A DNA stretch of 64,000 nucleotides from an uncultured Actinomycetota bacterium (GTDB lineage: Bacteria > Actinomycetota > Actinomycetes > Propionibacteriales > Nocardioidaceae): positions 88,818 through 152,817 of the forward strand of contig CAVSVQ010000008.1 of NCBI GenBank assembly GCA_963731485.1, given 5' to 3'. This document shows positions 50,191 to 64,000 of the stretch, piece by piece (positions within the stretch are counted from its first letter, which is position 1; the number at the start of each line of letters is the position of its first letter). A program made the position numbers and the translations under genes. The notes under the pieces were generated by a model. The model had not been told where the DNA came from, searched no databases, and saw nothing but the letters and a program-made list of their open reading frames with translations.

Positions 50191-51148
50191 GTGCCAGCCA
50201 CCGCCGCCGTCGAGGTGTGCGGCCTGGTGATGAGGTACGGCGAGAAGGTCGCCGTCGACGGCCTCGACCTCACCGTCGAGCGCGCACACGATCACCGCGG
50301 TCCTCGGGCCCAACGGCGCCGGCAAGACCACCACGCTGGAGACCTGCGAGGGGTACCGCCGGCCGCAGAGCGGGCACGGTGCGGGTGCTCGGCCTCGACC
50401 CGGTCGCGCAGCGGCGCGAGCTGCTCCCCCGGATCGGCGTGATGCTCCAGGGCTCCGGGGCCTGGTCCGGCGTCCGGGCGCATGGAGATGCTGCGGCACA
50501 TCGCCCGGCTGCACGCCCACCCGCTCGACGTCGGCATGCTCGCCGACCGGCTCGGGCTGCACGACTGCGGCCGGACGCCGTACCGCCGGCTGTCCGGCGG
50601 CCAGCAGCAGCGCCTCGGCCTGGCGATGGCGATCGTCGGGTCGTCCCGAGGTGGTCTTCGTCGACGAGCCCACCGCCGGGATGGACCCGCTGGCCCGCCG
50701 CACCACCTGGGAGCTGCTCGAGGAGCTGCGCCGCGACGGAGTCACCGTCGTGCTGACCACGCACTACATGGACGAGGCCGAGCGGCTCGCGGACCACATC
50801 CACATCATCGACCGGGGCCGGCTGATCGCCTCCGGGCACGCCGGCGGAGCTGACCCGGGGCGGGACGGCCACGATCCGGCTGGTGGTGACCAAGCCGTTC
50901 CCGGAAGGCGCGCCGGCGTCGCTGCAGGCGGCACTCGGGCCGGGGATCGACGGTCACGGCGATCAACGAGGTCAGCCTGCTCGTCGCCGGTCCGGCCGAC
51001 AGCACCACGCTCGCGACGGTGGCCGCGTGGTGCGAGCAGCACGAGCGTCCTGCCCGAGTCGCTGAACCTGGGCCAGCGCAACCTCGAGGACGTCTTCCTC
51101 GAGCTGACCGGCCGGGGGCTCGAACCCGATGAGCTGGCCGATGGCTGA
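50191..51148 (+). CDS. ABC transporter ATP-binding protein (Rv1458c-like)
   Basis: GPNGAGKTT, LSGGQQQR, VDEPTAGMD, NLEDVFL. Confidence 0.9.
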
Positions 51149-51928
51149 CACAGTGGGGACCTTCACCCCGGCGCCCGGCGCGTCCCCGTTTGCGCCGCCA
51201 GGTGCTCGCCCAGGCCTCGATGGAGGCGCGGCTGATGGTGCGCAACGGCGAGCAGCTGCTGCTCGCCGTGGTGATCCCGGTGCTCGTGCTCGTCGGCGGC
51301 GTCGCCGGGGCGCACCGGTCGGCATCCACTTCGACGAGCGCGCGGTCGACGCGCTGACCCCGGGCGTGCTGGCGCTCGCGGTGATGTCGACGGCCTTCAC
51401 CTCGCTGGCGATCGCGACCGGGTTCGAGCGACGGTACGGCGTGATCAAGCGGCTCGGCGCCTCGCCGCTCCCCCGCTCGGGCCTGCTCGCTGGGCAAGGT
51501 CGGCGGGCTCCTCGTCGTCGAGCTGCTGCAGGTCGTGGTGATCGGCGCGGTCGCGCTTCAGCCTCGGCTGGCAGCCGCGCGGATCCGCCGCGGCGTCGCG
51601 GGAGGCGCGGCCCTCGGCCTGCTGGTCGGCACCTACGCGTTCGCCTCGCTCGGGTTGTTCCTCGCCGGCGTCCTGCGCGCCGAGGCGACGCTCGCCGCGG
51701 CCAACCTGGTCTACCTGCTGCTGCTGGCCGGCGGGGCGGTCGTGCTGCCCGCGAACGCGTACGGCGGCGCCGGCCACGCGCTCACCTGGCTGCCGTCGGG
51801 CGCCCTGGGCGAGGCGATGCGAGCGGCGCTGACCCACGGCCACGTCGCGGGCGGATCGCTGCTGGTCCTCGCTCCTCTGGGGAGCGCTCGGCACCGTCCT
51901 GACCGCGAGGACGTTCACGTGGGAGTGA
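51141..51928 (+). CDS. ABC-2 permease (Rv1457c-like)
   Basis: RNGEQLLL, AIATGFERRYGVIKRLGASPL, LRAEATLAAAN. Confidence 0.88.
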
Positions 51929-52845
51929 GCCGAGCGGCCGGCACGGCGTACCAGGACCTCGCCGACCGTGCCCGACCCCACCTGCGTGCCCTCGGCTGGG
52001 CCACGCTGGTCGCGAACATCGGCATCGTCGTCACCGGCGGCGCGGTCCGGCTCACCGCCTCGGGGCTGGGCTGCCCGACCTGGCCACGCTGCAACGGCGG
52101 ACGCGTTCACCCCGCACGGCACGCTGTCGCGTGCACTCGGCGATCGAGTTCGGCAACCGCACGCTCACCTTCGTGCTGGCCGCGATCGCGATCGCCACCT
52201 TCGTCGCCGCCGACGCCGAGGCACGCCGGACCGGTCGTCGCGACCTGCGGCTGCTCGCGGTCGTCCTGGGTCTGGCGATCCCGGCCCAGGCGGTGATCGG
52301 CGGCATCTCGGTGCTCACCGACCTGAACCCCTGGGTCGTCTCGTTCCACCTGCTCGCGTCGATGGCGATCATCTGCGTCGCGGTGCTGTTCCTCCGGCCG
52401 CCTCGACGCGGCCGGACCCCGTGGCGGGCTCCGGCGTCGTCGTCACGCTGCTGGCGTGGCTCACGTTCGTCGTCGGCTGGGTGGTGCTCTACCTCGGCAC
52501 CGTGGTCACCGGCTCGGGACCGCACGCCGGCGACGCCGACGCACCACGCAACGGCCTGGACCCGCTGCAGCTCTCCCAGCTGCACGCCGACGTGGTCTTC
52601 CTGTTCGTGGGCCTCAGCCTCGGAGCTGCTGTTCGCCCTGCACGCGACCCGCGGCTCGGCCGAGGCGATCCGCGCGGTGCGCGTGCTCGTGCTGGTCGAG
52701 GTCGGCCAGGGCACGATCGGCTTCGTGCAGTACTTCACCGACCTGCCGGTGGTGCTCGTCGGCTTCCACATGCTCGGCGCCGCCGCTGATCGCCGCGGCG
52801 ATGACCTGGGCGCTGCTGGCCGTCCGGGAGCAGCCGGCGCGATGA
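51925..52845 (+). CDS. ctaA: COX15/CtaA heme A synthase
   Basis: TGGAVRLTASGLGCPTWPRC, IEFGNR, SFHL, GSGPHAGD, QLHAD, FHMLG. Confidence 0.88.
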
Positions 52846-52854
52846 TCGGGAGGC

Positions 52855-53217
52855 ATGACCGGTCAGATCGTCTACGACGCCGACTGCGGCTTCTGCACCC
52901 GGTTCGGCGCGCTGGGTCGACCCGCGCGGTTCCCTGGCAGGCACTCGACCTCGCACGCCGTGGGCGCCACCCGGGAGCAGGCCGACGCACTTCGCCGGCT
53001 GGCTCGTCGACGGGCGCATCCGGGCGCTCGGGGCGCCCGCGATCGCCGCAGGCGCTGCAGCGCCCGGGGCGGGTGGACGCTGCCGCTGGGGCACCTCATC
53101 GACCTTCCCGGCGTACGCCGCCTCGGGGCTGTGGTCTACCGCATGGTCGCGGCCAACCGGCACCGTCTGCCGGGCGGCACCGGGACTGACTCGACTGAGA
53201 TTTCTGACTCGAGCTAA
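52855..53217 (+). CDS. DCC1-like thiol-disulfide oxidoreductase (DUF393)
   Basis: VYDADCGFC, YRMVAANRHRL. Confidence 0.85.
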   Translation: MTGQIVYDADCGFCTRFGALGRPARFPGRHSTSHAVGATREQADALRRLARRRAHPGARGARDRRRRCSARGGWTLPLGHLIDLPGVRRLGAVVYRMVAANRHRLPGGTGTDSTEISDSS

Positions 53218-53232
53218 CGGCCGGGTCGCGAC

Positions 53233-54185
53233 TCAGCGCGTCAGCAGCGGGTCCAGCGCGACGGCGACGAACAGCAGCGAGAGGTACAGGTTCGACCAGT
53301 GGAACAGCCGCATCGGCTTGATCAGGCTCAGCTCGTCGCTGCGCCGCGCGCGGCGCCACATCAGGTGCGCCTCGACGAGGAAGGCCGCCCCGAGCAGCGT
53401 CGCGCGCGACCGGGATAGACCGGGCCGGTGCCGGCGACCGGCCAGAGCAGCAGCGAGACCGCGACCATGGCCTAGGAGTAGGCGACGATCTGGCGGGCGA
53501 CCTCCACGCCGGAGCGCCGCACCGGCAGCATCGGCACGTCCACCGCCGCGTAGTCCTCGCGGTAGCGCATCGCCAGCGCCCAGGTGTGCGGCGGGGTCCA
53601 GAGGAAGACCACCAGGAACAGGACCACCGGCGGCCAGGCGAGCTCGCCGGTCACCGCCGTCCAGCCGATCAGCGCCGGGAAGCAGCCGGCCAGCCCGCCC
53701 CAGACGATGTTCTGCGTGGTACGCCGCTTGAGCACCATCGTGTAGCCGAACAGGTAGAACGCCGACGCGGCCAGCGCCAGCCCCGCCGAGAGCCAGTTCA
53801 CGAACAGCCCGAGCACCAGCGTCGAGACCACCGCGAGGACGAGGCCGAAGATCAGCGCGGCCCGCGGCGAGACGATGTGCCGAGGCAGCGCCCGCCGCCG
53901 GGTGCGCCGCATCTGCTCGTCGATGTCGCGGTCGTAGACGCAGTTCAGCGCGTTGGCGCTGCCGGCGGACAGGGTCCCGCCGAGCACGGTGGCGACGACC
54001 AGGCCCAGCGGCGGCACGCCCCGCTGGGCGAAGAACATCACCGGCACGGTGGTCAGCAGCAGCAGCTCGATCACCCGCGGCTTCATCAGCCCGACGTACG
54101 CCGCCACCACGTCCGCGGCAGCGGTCGCGACCCGGCGGTGAGTCCGGTCCCGGGAGACCGAAACCTGGGGTTCGACCGCGGTCAC
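53233..54185 (-). CDS. ctaB: Protoheme IX farnesyltransferase (heme o synthase); internal TAG at 53472-53474
   Basis: [39 protein letters not shown]. Confidence 0.9.
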
Positions 54186-54343
54186 GCAGGGCCTCGATTC
54201 GACGACGACGGTGCGTGCGCATGCCGGGAGCGCACGGGTGGTACTGGCTCGCTGAGTCTAACGGTCCCTGAGTAGGCTCGGTTGCGGTGGCCGAACGACG
54301 GCTGGCCCCCAGACCCGGACGCGTCTGCCGAGAGGACCTCGCC

Positions 54344-56480
54344 TTGAGCAAGACCCGCCACCCCGCTGGAGTGGACCGAGCTCGACGAGCGGGCGGTGGA
54401 CACCGCGCGCTGCCTGGCCATGGACGCGGTCCAGAAGGTCGGCAACGGCCACCCCGGGACGGCGATGAGCCTCGCCCCGGCGGCGTACCTGCTCTTCCAG
54501 AAGCGGATGCGCCACGACCCCGCCGACCCGGCGTGGTCCGGACCGCGACCGCTTCGTGCTCTCGTGCGGGCACTCCTCGATCACGCTCTACACCCAGCTC
54601 TACCTCGGCGGCTTCGGCCTCGAGCTCGACGACCTGAAGGCGCTGCGCACCTGGGGCAGCAGGACCCCCGGCCACCCCGAGCACGGCCACACCGCCGGCG
54701 TCGAGACCACCACCGGCCCACTCGGCCAGGGCGTCGGCAACGCCGTCGGCATGGCGATGGCCGCGCGCCGCGAGCGCGGCCTGTTCGACCCGGACGGCCG
54801 CCGGAGGGCGAGAGCCCGTTCGACCACCACGTCTACGCGATCTGCTCCGACGGCGACCTCGAGGAGGGCGTCAGCGCGCGAGGCCTCGAGCATCGCCGGG
54901 CACCAGCAGCTCGGCAACCTGACCCTGATCTACGACGACAACCGGATCAGCATCGAGGGCGACACGCACATCGCGTTCACCGAGGACGTCGCGAAGCGCT
55001 ACGAGGCCTACGGCTGGCACGTCCAGACCGTCGACTGGACCAACGACGGCGACCACACCGACGGCAAGAACTACCACGAGGACGTCCCGGCGCTCTGGGA
55101 CGGCGCTCGAGACGCGGCCGAGGCGGAGCACGACCGGCCCAGCCTGATCGTGCTGCGCACGATCATCGCCTGGCCGGCCCCGAACGCGCAGAACACCGGC
55201 CCGGCGCACGGCTCCGCGCTCGGCGCGGACGAGGTCGCCGCCACCAAGAAGGTGCTCGGCTTCGACCCGAACGAGACCTTCGAGGTCTCCGACGAGGTGA
55301 TCAGCCACACCCGCGCGCTGCGTCGACCGCGGCAAGGTCGCCCAGGCCGAGTGGGACGAGCAGTTCGCCGCCTGGGCAGCCGGCACACGCCGAGCGGGCG
55401 GCGCTGCTTCGACCGGATGGCGACCGCGGCCCTGCCCGGCCGGCTGGGCCGACGCGCTTGCCGACCTTCCCGGCCGACGAGAAGGGGATGGCGACCCGCA
55501 AGGCGTCCGGCTACGTGCTCACCGCGATCGCGCCGGTGCTGCCCGAGCTGTGGGGCGGCTCCGCCGACCTCGCCGAGTCCAACAACACCAGCCCGCAGGG
55601 CGAGCCCAGCTTCACGCCCGAGGAGTGGCAGACCCGCGAGTGGAGCGGCAACACGTACGGCCGGGTGCTGCACTTCGGCATCCGCGAGCACGCCATGGGC
55701 GCGATCATGAACGGCATCGCCCTGCACGGCGGCACCCGCGTCTACGGCGGCACCTTCCTGGTGTTCTCCGACTACATGCGCCCGGCGGTCCGCCTGGCGG
55801 CGCTGATGCAGCTGCCCACCCGTACGTGTGGACCCACGACTCGATCGGCCTCGGCGAGGACGGACCGACCCACCAGCCGGTCGAGCACCTGGCCGCGCTC
55901 CGCGCGATCCCGGGCCTCGACGTGGTCCGCCCGGCCGACGCCAACGAGACCGTCGCCGCCTGGCGCGCGATGCTCGAGCACACCGACCGACCGGCAGGCA
56001 CTCGCGCTGACGCCGGCAGAACGTGCCGGTCTTCCCCCGCGGCGAGCAGGGCTTCAGCGGCGACCGACGGGGTCGCGAAGGGCGGCTACGTCCTGCTCGA
56101 CACCGACGGCGTCCCCGACGTGGTGCTGTCGGCACCGGCTCGGAGGTGCAGCTCGCGGTCGCCGCGCGCGAGCAGCTGGCCGCGAAGGGCATCGCCGCCC
56201 GCGTGGTCTCGATGCCGTGCCGGGAGTGGTTCGACGCCAGGACCAGGCCTACCGCGACACGGTGATCCCGCCGACGTCAGGGCCCGGGTCAGCGTCGAGG
56301 CCGGCGTCGCCCAGGGCTGGCGCGAGGTCGTCGGCGACCACGGCCGGATCGTCTCGCTCGGAGCACTTCGGCGCCTCGGCGGACTACGCCACCATCTTCC
56401 GCGAGTTCGGCATCACGGCCGAGGCGGTCGCGCTCGCGGCCGAGGAGAGCCTGCGCGCGCTGGAGGCGACCAACCGCTAG
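54344..56480 (+). CDS. tkt: Transketolase
   Basis: [52 protein letters not shown]. Confidence 0.95.
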
Positions 56481-56506
56481 AACCGGTCCACAGAGAGGGA
56501 GAACCC

Positions 56507-57615
56507 ATGTCCGACCGTCTGAAGCAGCTGTCCGAGGCCGGCGTCTCCATCTGGCTCGACGACCTGTCCCGCGAGCGGCTGGAGACCGGCAACCTCGCCG
56601 ACCTCAAGAAGAACTCCTCGGTGGTCGGCATCACCAGCAACCCGTCGATCTTCGCCAAGGCGCTCGAGGAGGGTGAGCGGTACGACGAGCAGGTCCGCGA
56701 GCTCGTCGGCCAGGGCGCCGACCTCGACGCCGTGGTCGAGGAGCTGACCACCACCGACGTCCGCAACGCGTGCGACGTCTTCCTCGACGTCTTCGAGGCC
56801 ACCGACGGCGTCGACGGCCGGGTCTCGATCGAGGTGAACCCCGGGCTGGCCCACCAGACCGAGGCGACCGTGCGCCAGGCCGCCGAGCTGTGGCACAAGG
56901 TCGACCGGCCCAACCTCTACATCAAGATCCCCGGCACCGAGGAGGGCTGGCCGGCCATCGCCGAGACGCTCGGCGCCGGGATCCCCGTCAACGTCACGCT
57001 GATCTTCGGCCTCGACCAGTACCACCACGTGATGGAGGCCTACGTCGACGGGCTGGAGCAGGCCAGGGACGACGGCCACGACACTGTCCAGGCTCCACTC
57101 GGTGGCCTCGTTCTTCGTCTCCCGCGTGGACACCGAGATCGACAAGCGGCTCGAGGCCGCCGGCGCGCTCCGCCGAGCTGCTCGGCAAGGCCGGGGTCGC
57201 CAACGCCCGGCTCGCCTACCAGGCGTTCGAGGAGTTCTTCGTCGGCGAACGCTGGGAGGCCCTCGTGGCCGCCGGCGCGAACCCGCAGCGACCGCTGTGG
57301 GCGTCCACCGGGGTGAAGAACCCGGACTACCGCGACACGATGTACGTCGTCGACCTCGTCGTGCCGAACACCGTGAACACCATGCCCGAGAAGACCCTCG
57401 AGGCCGTCGCCGACCACGGCGAGATCAGCGGCGACCAGGTGCACCCGCACTACGACGACGCCGCCGCGGTCTTCGCCGCGCTCGAGGACGCCGGGATCGA
57501 CTACGACGACGTGATCGACGTGCTGATCAGGGAGGGCGTCGAGAAGTTCGTCACCGCCTTCGACGACCTCAGCGCGACCGTGGAGAAGGCCATGCGGTCA
57601 GGCCGGCGCGGGCCA

Positions 57616-57619
<4 letters not shown>
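56507..57619 (+). CDS. tal: Transaldolase
   Basis: [48 protein letters not shown]. Confidence 0.95.
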
Positions 57620-59308
<1,689 letters not shown>

Positions 59309-59312
59309 CCCC

Positions 59313-60847
59313 GTGACCAAGGACGCGAACCCGCTGCGCGACCCGGAGGACCGCCGGCTGCCGCGCATCGCCGGTCCGTGCGGCATGGTGCTCTTCGGCG
59401 TCACCGGCGACCTGTCCCGCAAGAAGGTCATGCCGGCGATCTACGACCTGGCGAACCGCGGGCTGCTGCCCGCCGGGGTTCAGCCTGGTCGGGTTCGCCC
59501 GGCGCGACTGGGCCGACCAGGACTTCGCCCAGATCGTCCACGACTCGGTCACGCGAGCACGCGCGCACCGAGTTCCGCGAGGAGGTGTGGCGCCAGCTCG
59601 CCGAGGGCTTCCGGTTCGTCCCCGGCGACTTCAACGACGACCACGCCTTCGACCAGCTGCGGCGCACCATCGAGGAGCTCGACGAGGTCCGCGGCACCGG
59701 CGGCAACCACGCGTTCTACCTCGCGATCCCGCCGTCGTTCTTCGGCGACGTCGCCGACCAGCTGAAGGAGCACGGCCTCGCCGAGCCGCGCCGAAGGCTC
59801 CTGGCGCCGGGTCGTCGTGGAGAAGCCGTTCGGCCACGACCTCGAGTCGGCCCGGGAGCTCAACGACGATCCTCGGGCAGGTCTTCGAGTCCGGCTCGAT
59901 CTTCCGGATCGACCACTACCTCGGCAAGGAGACGGTCCAGAACATCCTGGCGATGCGGTTCGCCAACAACCTGTTCGAGCCGATCTGGAACGCCAACTAC
60001 GTCGACCACGTGCAGATCACCATGGCCGAGGACGTCGGCATCGGCGGCCGGGCCGGCTACTACGACGGTGTCGGTGCCGCCCGCGACGTGATCCAGAACC
60101 ACCTCATGCAGCTGATGGCGCTGGTCGCGATGGAGGAGCCGGTCTCCTTCGACGCCGAGAGCCTGCGCATCGAGAAGCTCAAGGTGCTGTCCTCCGTCGT
60201 CCTCCCCAGGCGGCTGGACCTCACCACCGCCCGCGGGCAGTACGCCGAGCGGCTGGGCCGGTGGGGAGAAGGTCGCTCGGCTTCTGCGAGGAGGAGGGCA
60301 TCAGCCGACCTCCACCACCGAGACCTACGCCGCGGTGACGCTGCACGTGGACACCCGGCGCTGGGCGGGCGTCCCGTTCTACCTGCGCACCGGCAAGCGG
60401 CTCGGGCGCCGGGTCACCGAGGTGGCCGTCGTCTTCAAGCGGGCGCCCGCACCTGCCGTTCAGCGCGACCGCGACCGAGGAGCTCACCCCGAACACGCTG
60501 GTGATCCGGGTCCAGCCCGACGAGGGCATGACGATCCGGTTCGGCGCCAAGGTGCCGGGCACCGCGATGGAGATCCGCGACGTCAACATGGACTTCGCCT
60601 ACGGCGGGTCGTTCACCGAGTCCTCGCCGGAGGCCTACGAGCGGCTGATCCTCGACGTCCTGCTCGGCGACCCGCCGCTCTTCCCCCGGCACGAGGAGGT
60701 CGAGATGTCCTGGCGGATCCTCGATCCGATCCTGGACGCACTGGGCGCGGAAGGGCGAGCCGGAGCACGTACCCGCCGGGCACCTGGGGACCGGCCTCGG
60801 CCGACGCGATGCTGGCCCGCGACGGACGCGCCTGGAGGAGACCCTGA
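59313..60847 (+). CDS. zwf: Glucose-6-phosphate dehydrogenase
   Basis: [35 protein letters not shown]. Confidence 0.95.
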
Positions 60848-60874
60848 TGGGAGCGCACCGCGAGGAGGCACACG

Positions 60875-61786
60875 ATGATCGAGCTCACCGAGACCAACTC
60901 CGCCGAGATCGCCGCGGAGTTCGTCCGGGCCCGGATCCGGGCGGGCAGCCCGGCGATGGGCATGGTGCTGACCCTGATCATCGTCGTCGACGAGGAGGAC
61001 GCCCACGACGCCATGGAGGCGGCCCGGCAGGCCTCCCACGAGCACCCGGCCCGGGTGCTCGGGGTGATCCTCGGCGACGCCGCGGACACGGCGAGGTCAA
61101 CGCCCAGGTCGGCATCGGTGACTCGTGGACCGGCGAGACCGCGCTGATCCGGCTCAAGGGCGAGGTGGTCAAGCACCCGGAGTCGGTGGTGCTGCCGCTG
61201 CTGCTGCCCGACTCCCCCGTCGCGATCTGGTGGCCGACGGACCCGCCGCACGACCCCGCCGCCGACCCGCTCGGCGCGCTGGCCCAGCGCCGGATCACCG
61301 ACGCCGCCGCGGTGACGACGGGCGAAGACCCGGGCGATGCACACCCTGTGCGCGACGTACGCGAAGGGCAACACCGACCTGGCCTGGACCCGGATCACGC
61401 CGTGGCGGGCGCTGCTCGCCGCGGCGCTCGACCAGCAGCCGCTCAAGGTGCGCCGCGCCTCGGTGACCGCCGAGCGGATCAGCCCGAGCGCCGACCTGCT
61501 CCGCGCCTGGCTCAGCGACCGGCTGCGAGGTGCCGGTCGACCGCGCCAACTCCGAGGGCCCGGGCATCACCGAGGTGGTGCTCGAGACCCGCGAGGGACC
61601 GATCCGGATCAGCCGTCCCGACGGCAAGCTGGCCACGTTCAGCTCACCCGGGCGGCCCGGACCGACCGGTGGCGCTGAAGCGCCGCGAGCTGCCCGAGCT
61701 GCTCGCCGAGGAGCTGCGCCGCCTCGACGAGGACGACATCTACCACGCCGCGACCAAGCGGCTGGTCAAGCTCGACGGGCGAGTGA
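60875..61786 (+). CDS. opcA: G6PD assembly protein OpcA
   Basis: VLTLIIV, ASHEHPARV, PLLLPDSPV.IWWP, TDLAWTRITPWR, EELRRLDED. Confidence 0.92.
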
Positions 61787-62533
61787 CCCCTGCATGCCCT
61801 CGAGCTGAAGGTGCTCCCCGACCCGGCCGACGTGGCGCGCCGCTGTCGCCGACCGCTTCCTCCAGCGGCTCGCGGCCGCGCAAGGACGCGGTGAGGTGCC
61901 GCACGTCGCGCTCACCGGCGGCAGCATCGCCGACGCGGTGCACCAGCAGGTCGCCCAGCGCGCCGGTGTCGGTCGACGTCGACTGGACCCGGGTCGTGTT
62001 CTGGTGGGGCGACGAGCGGTTCGTCGCCCCGGACAGCGCCGACCGCAACGCCCGCGACGCCCGAGGCCGCGTTCCTCGACGTCGTCGGCGCGACCCGGCG
62101 TGCACGAGATGCCGTCGACGGCGGCGGCGCCGGACGTCGACGGCTGCCGCGGCGGCGTACTCGGACCGGTGCGCAGCGCGGGCGTCGGCGAGTTCGACCT
62201 GGTGATGCTCGGGATGGGCCCGGACGGGCACGTCGCGTCGCTGTTCCCCGGCTTCCCGCAGCTCGACGTCGACGACCGGATCGCGGTCGCCGTCACCGGC
62301 TCGCCCAAGCCGCCGCCCGGAGCGGGTCAGCCTCACCTTCCCGGCCCTCAACCGCACCCGGGCCGCCTGGTTCCTGGTGACCGGCGAGGAGAAGGCCGAG
62401 GCGGTCCGCCGTGCGCTCGCCGACGACGGCGACCGCCACGAGACGCCGGCGCGCGGCATCGCGCCCGCGCCGCCCCGCCGGCGCGGGCGAGACCGTCTGG
62501 TTCCTCGACCGCGCCGCCGCCAGCAAGCTCTGA
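61783..62533 (+). CDS. pgl: 6-phosphogluconolactonase
   Basis: [39 protein letters not shown]. Confidence 0.92.
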
Positions 62534-62544
62534 GGGCCCATCGC

Positions 62545-62831
62545 GCCGAGGCGTCAGCTCCTTCCACCCACACCCCGCCGAGGCGTCAGCTCCTTCCACC
62601 CACACCCCGCCGAGGCGTCAGCTCCTTCCACCCACACCCCGCCGAGGCGTCAGCTCCTTCCACCCACACCCCGCCGAGGCGTCAGCTCCTTCCACCCACA
62701 CCCCGCCGAGGCGTCAGCTCCTTCCACCCACACCCCGCCGAGGCGTCAGCTCCTTCCACCCACACCCCGCCGAGGCGTCACCTCCTTCCACCCACACCCC
62801 GCCGAGGCGTCAGCTCCTTCCACCCACACCC
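62545..62831. repeat. Tandem array of 9 x 32-bp GCCGAGGCGTCAGCTCCTTCCACCCACACCCC
   Basis: Counted directly; copy 8 has one substitution and copy 9 is one base short. Confidence 0.95.
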
Positions 62832-62837
62832 GCGAGA

Positions 62838-64000
62838 GGTCAAGTCCCGTGGGGTGGTGTACGACGTCGTCGTGATTCGTCGTTGTCTGGTTAGGCGCTG
62901 ATCGCGCCGAGTGTGGTGGCCTCCTGGGTGTTCTCGGTGGTGATCAGGACGAGTCGGCTCTTTGCGAGGACTTCGAGGCCGAGGTAGCGCCGGCCGTCGG
63001 CCCATTCGTCGTTCTGCTCGGCCAGGACGGCGCCGACGAGCCGGATGATCGATCCCCGGTCGGGGAAGATCCCGACGACGTCGGTGCGGCGGCGGATCTC
63101 GCGGTTGAGGCGTTCGTTGGGGTTGTTCGACCAGATCTGGCGCCAGACCGCGGGCGGGAACGCGGTGAACGCGAGGATCTCCTCCCGGGCGGCGTCGAGG
63201 TGGTCGTGGACCTCGGGCAGCGAGCGGACGTGGTCGAGCAGCTTGTCGTACTGGGCGTGCACGGCCTCGGCCTCGGCCTGTTCGAACACCGAGTGCAGCA
63301 TCGCCTTGACCCCGCCCCAGGCGTGCTTGGGACACACGCGTCATCAAGTTGACGGTGTAGTGGGTCCGGCACCGCTGCCAGGACTGGCTCCGGGCAGGTT
63401 TGCCCCGATCGCCTCGACCAGGCCGGTGTGGGCATCGGAGGTGACCAGCGCGACCCCGTTCAGGCCGCGGGCGACCAGGTCCTTGAAGAAGGTGTTCCAC
63501 CCGGTCCCGGACTCCGCGGTGGAGGTCGCGACCCCGAGGATCTCCCGGTAGCCGTCGGCGTTGACACCGGTGGCGACCATGACCGCGATCTTGATCACCC
63601 GGCCGCCCTCGCGGACCTTCATCGTCAACGCATCCGCGGCCAGGAACGTGTAGGGGCCGGCGTCCAGCGGGTCGTTCACGGAAGTCGCGGACCAGCTCGT
63701 CGAGATCACGAGCCATCACCGAGACCTGCGACTTGCGCAGAGCCCGGTGATCCCCAGGGACTGCACCAACCGGTCCATCCGCCGAGTGGACACTCCGAGC
63801 AGGTAGCAGGTCGCGACCACCGAGGTCAGGGCCGCCTCGGCCCGACGCCGCCGCTCGAGCAGCCATTCGGGGAAGTAGGACCCCTCCCGCAGCTTCGGGC
63901 ACCGCGACCTCCAGGGTCCCGACCCGGGTGTCCAGCTCGCGTCGCCGGTAACCGTTGCGGCGGTTGGTGCCGGGCCTCATCGCGCACCCCGTAGGCGGCG
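62838..64000 (-). mobile_element. IS256-family insertion sequence (other end outside the window)
   Basis: Terminal sequence GGTCAAGTCCCGTGGGGTGGTGTA resembling actinobacterial IS256 ends, followed by the transposase 3' end. Confidence 0.85.
62891..64000 (-). CDS. IS256 DDE transposase (5' end outside window, frameshifted)
   Basis: [53 protein letters not shown]. Confidence 0.93.

Noticed and set aside
62545-62831. CRISPR array or coding repeat
   Set aside because: Units are head-to-tail with no spacers; 32 bp is not a multiple of 3 and the array lies after the pgl stop.

Overview
High-GC actinobacterial chromosome segment; gene content and order resemble Nocardioidaceae (Nocardioides/Marmoricola-like), which is an inference. 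Many genes carry scattered 1-nt indels typical of unpolished long-read sequence, so most coordinates are reconstructed across frameshifts and are approximate. The housekeeping backbone is guaB1, galK, an acyl-CoA dehydrogenase pair, def, a TrmH-family methylase, cysG/cobA, SPFH-NfeD, serB, fabI-fabG-dodecin, moaA, an ABC-F ATPase, acVLRF1, sufR-sufBD-Rieske-sufCSU-sufT, ABC/COX15/ctaB and tkt-tal-pgi-zwf-opcA-pgl. A ~13 kb accessory-looking block (27.2-40.5 kb) holds a bioB-bsaP-bioA-bioF-bioD operon, a 7x42-bp palindromic tandem array, two paralogous divergent ABC exporters around a GbsR/MarR regulator, an APH-like kinase and a secreted repeat protein. The window ends with a 9x32-bp tandem array abutting an IS256 element. 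The most interesting unannotated signals are a candidate two-hairpin C-loop (6C-like) small RNA with its own promoter at ~19.73-19.80 kb, the two tandem arrays, the twin-exporter divergon with palindromic operators, and the possible acVLRF1/ABC-F link. I cannot establish a wholly new system from sequence alone. No CRISPR, rRNA or tRNA was seen.
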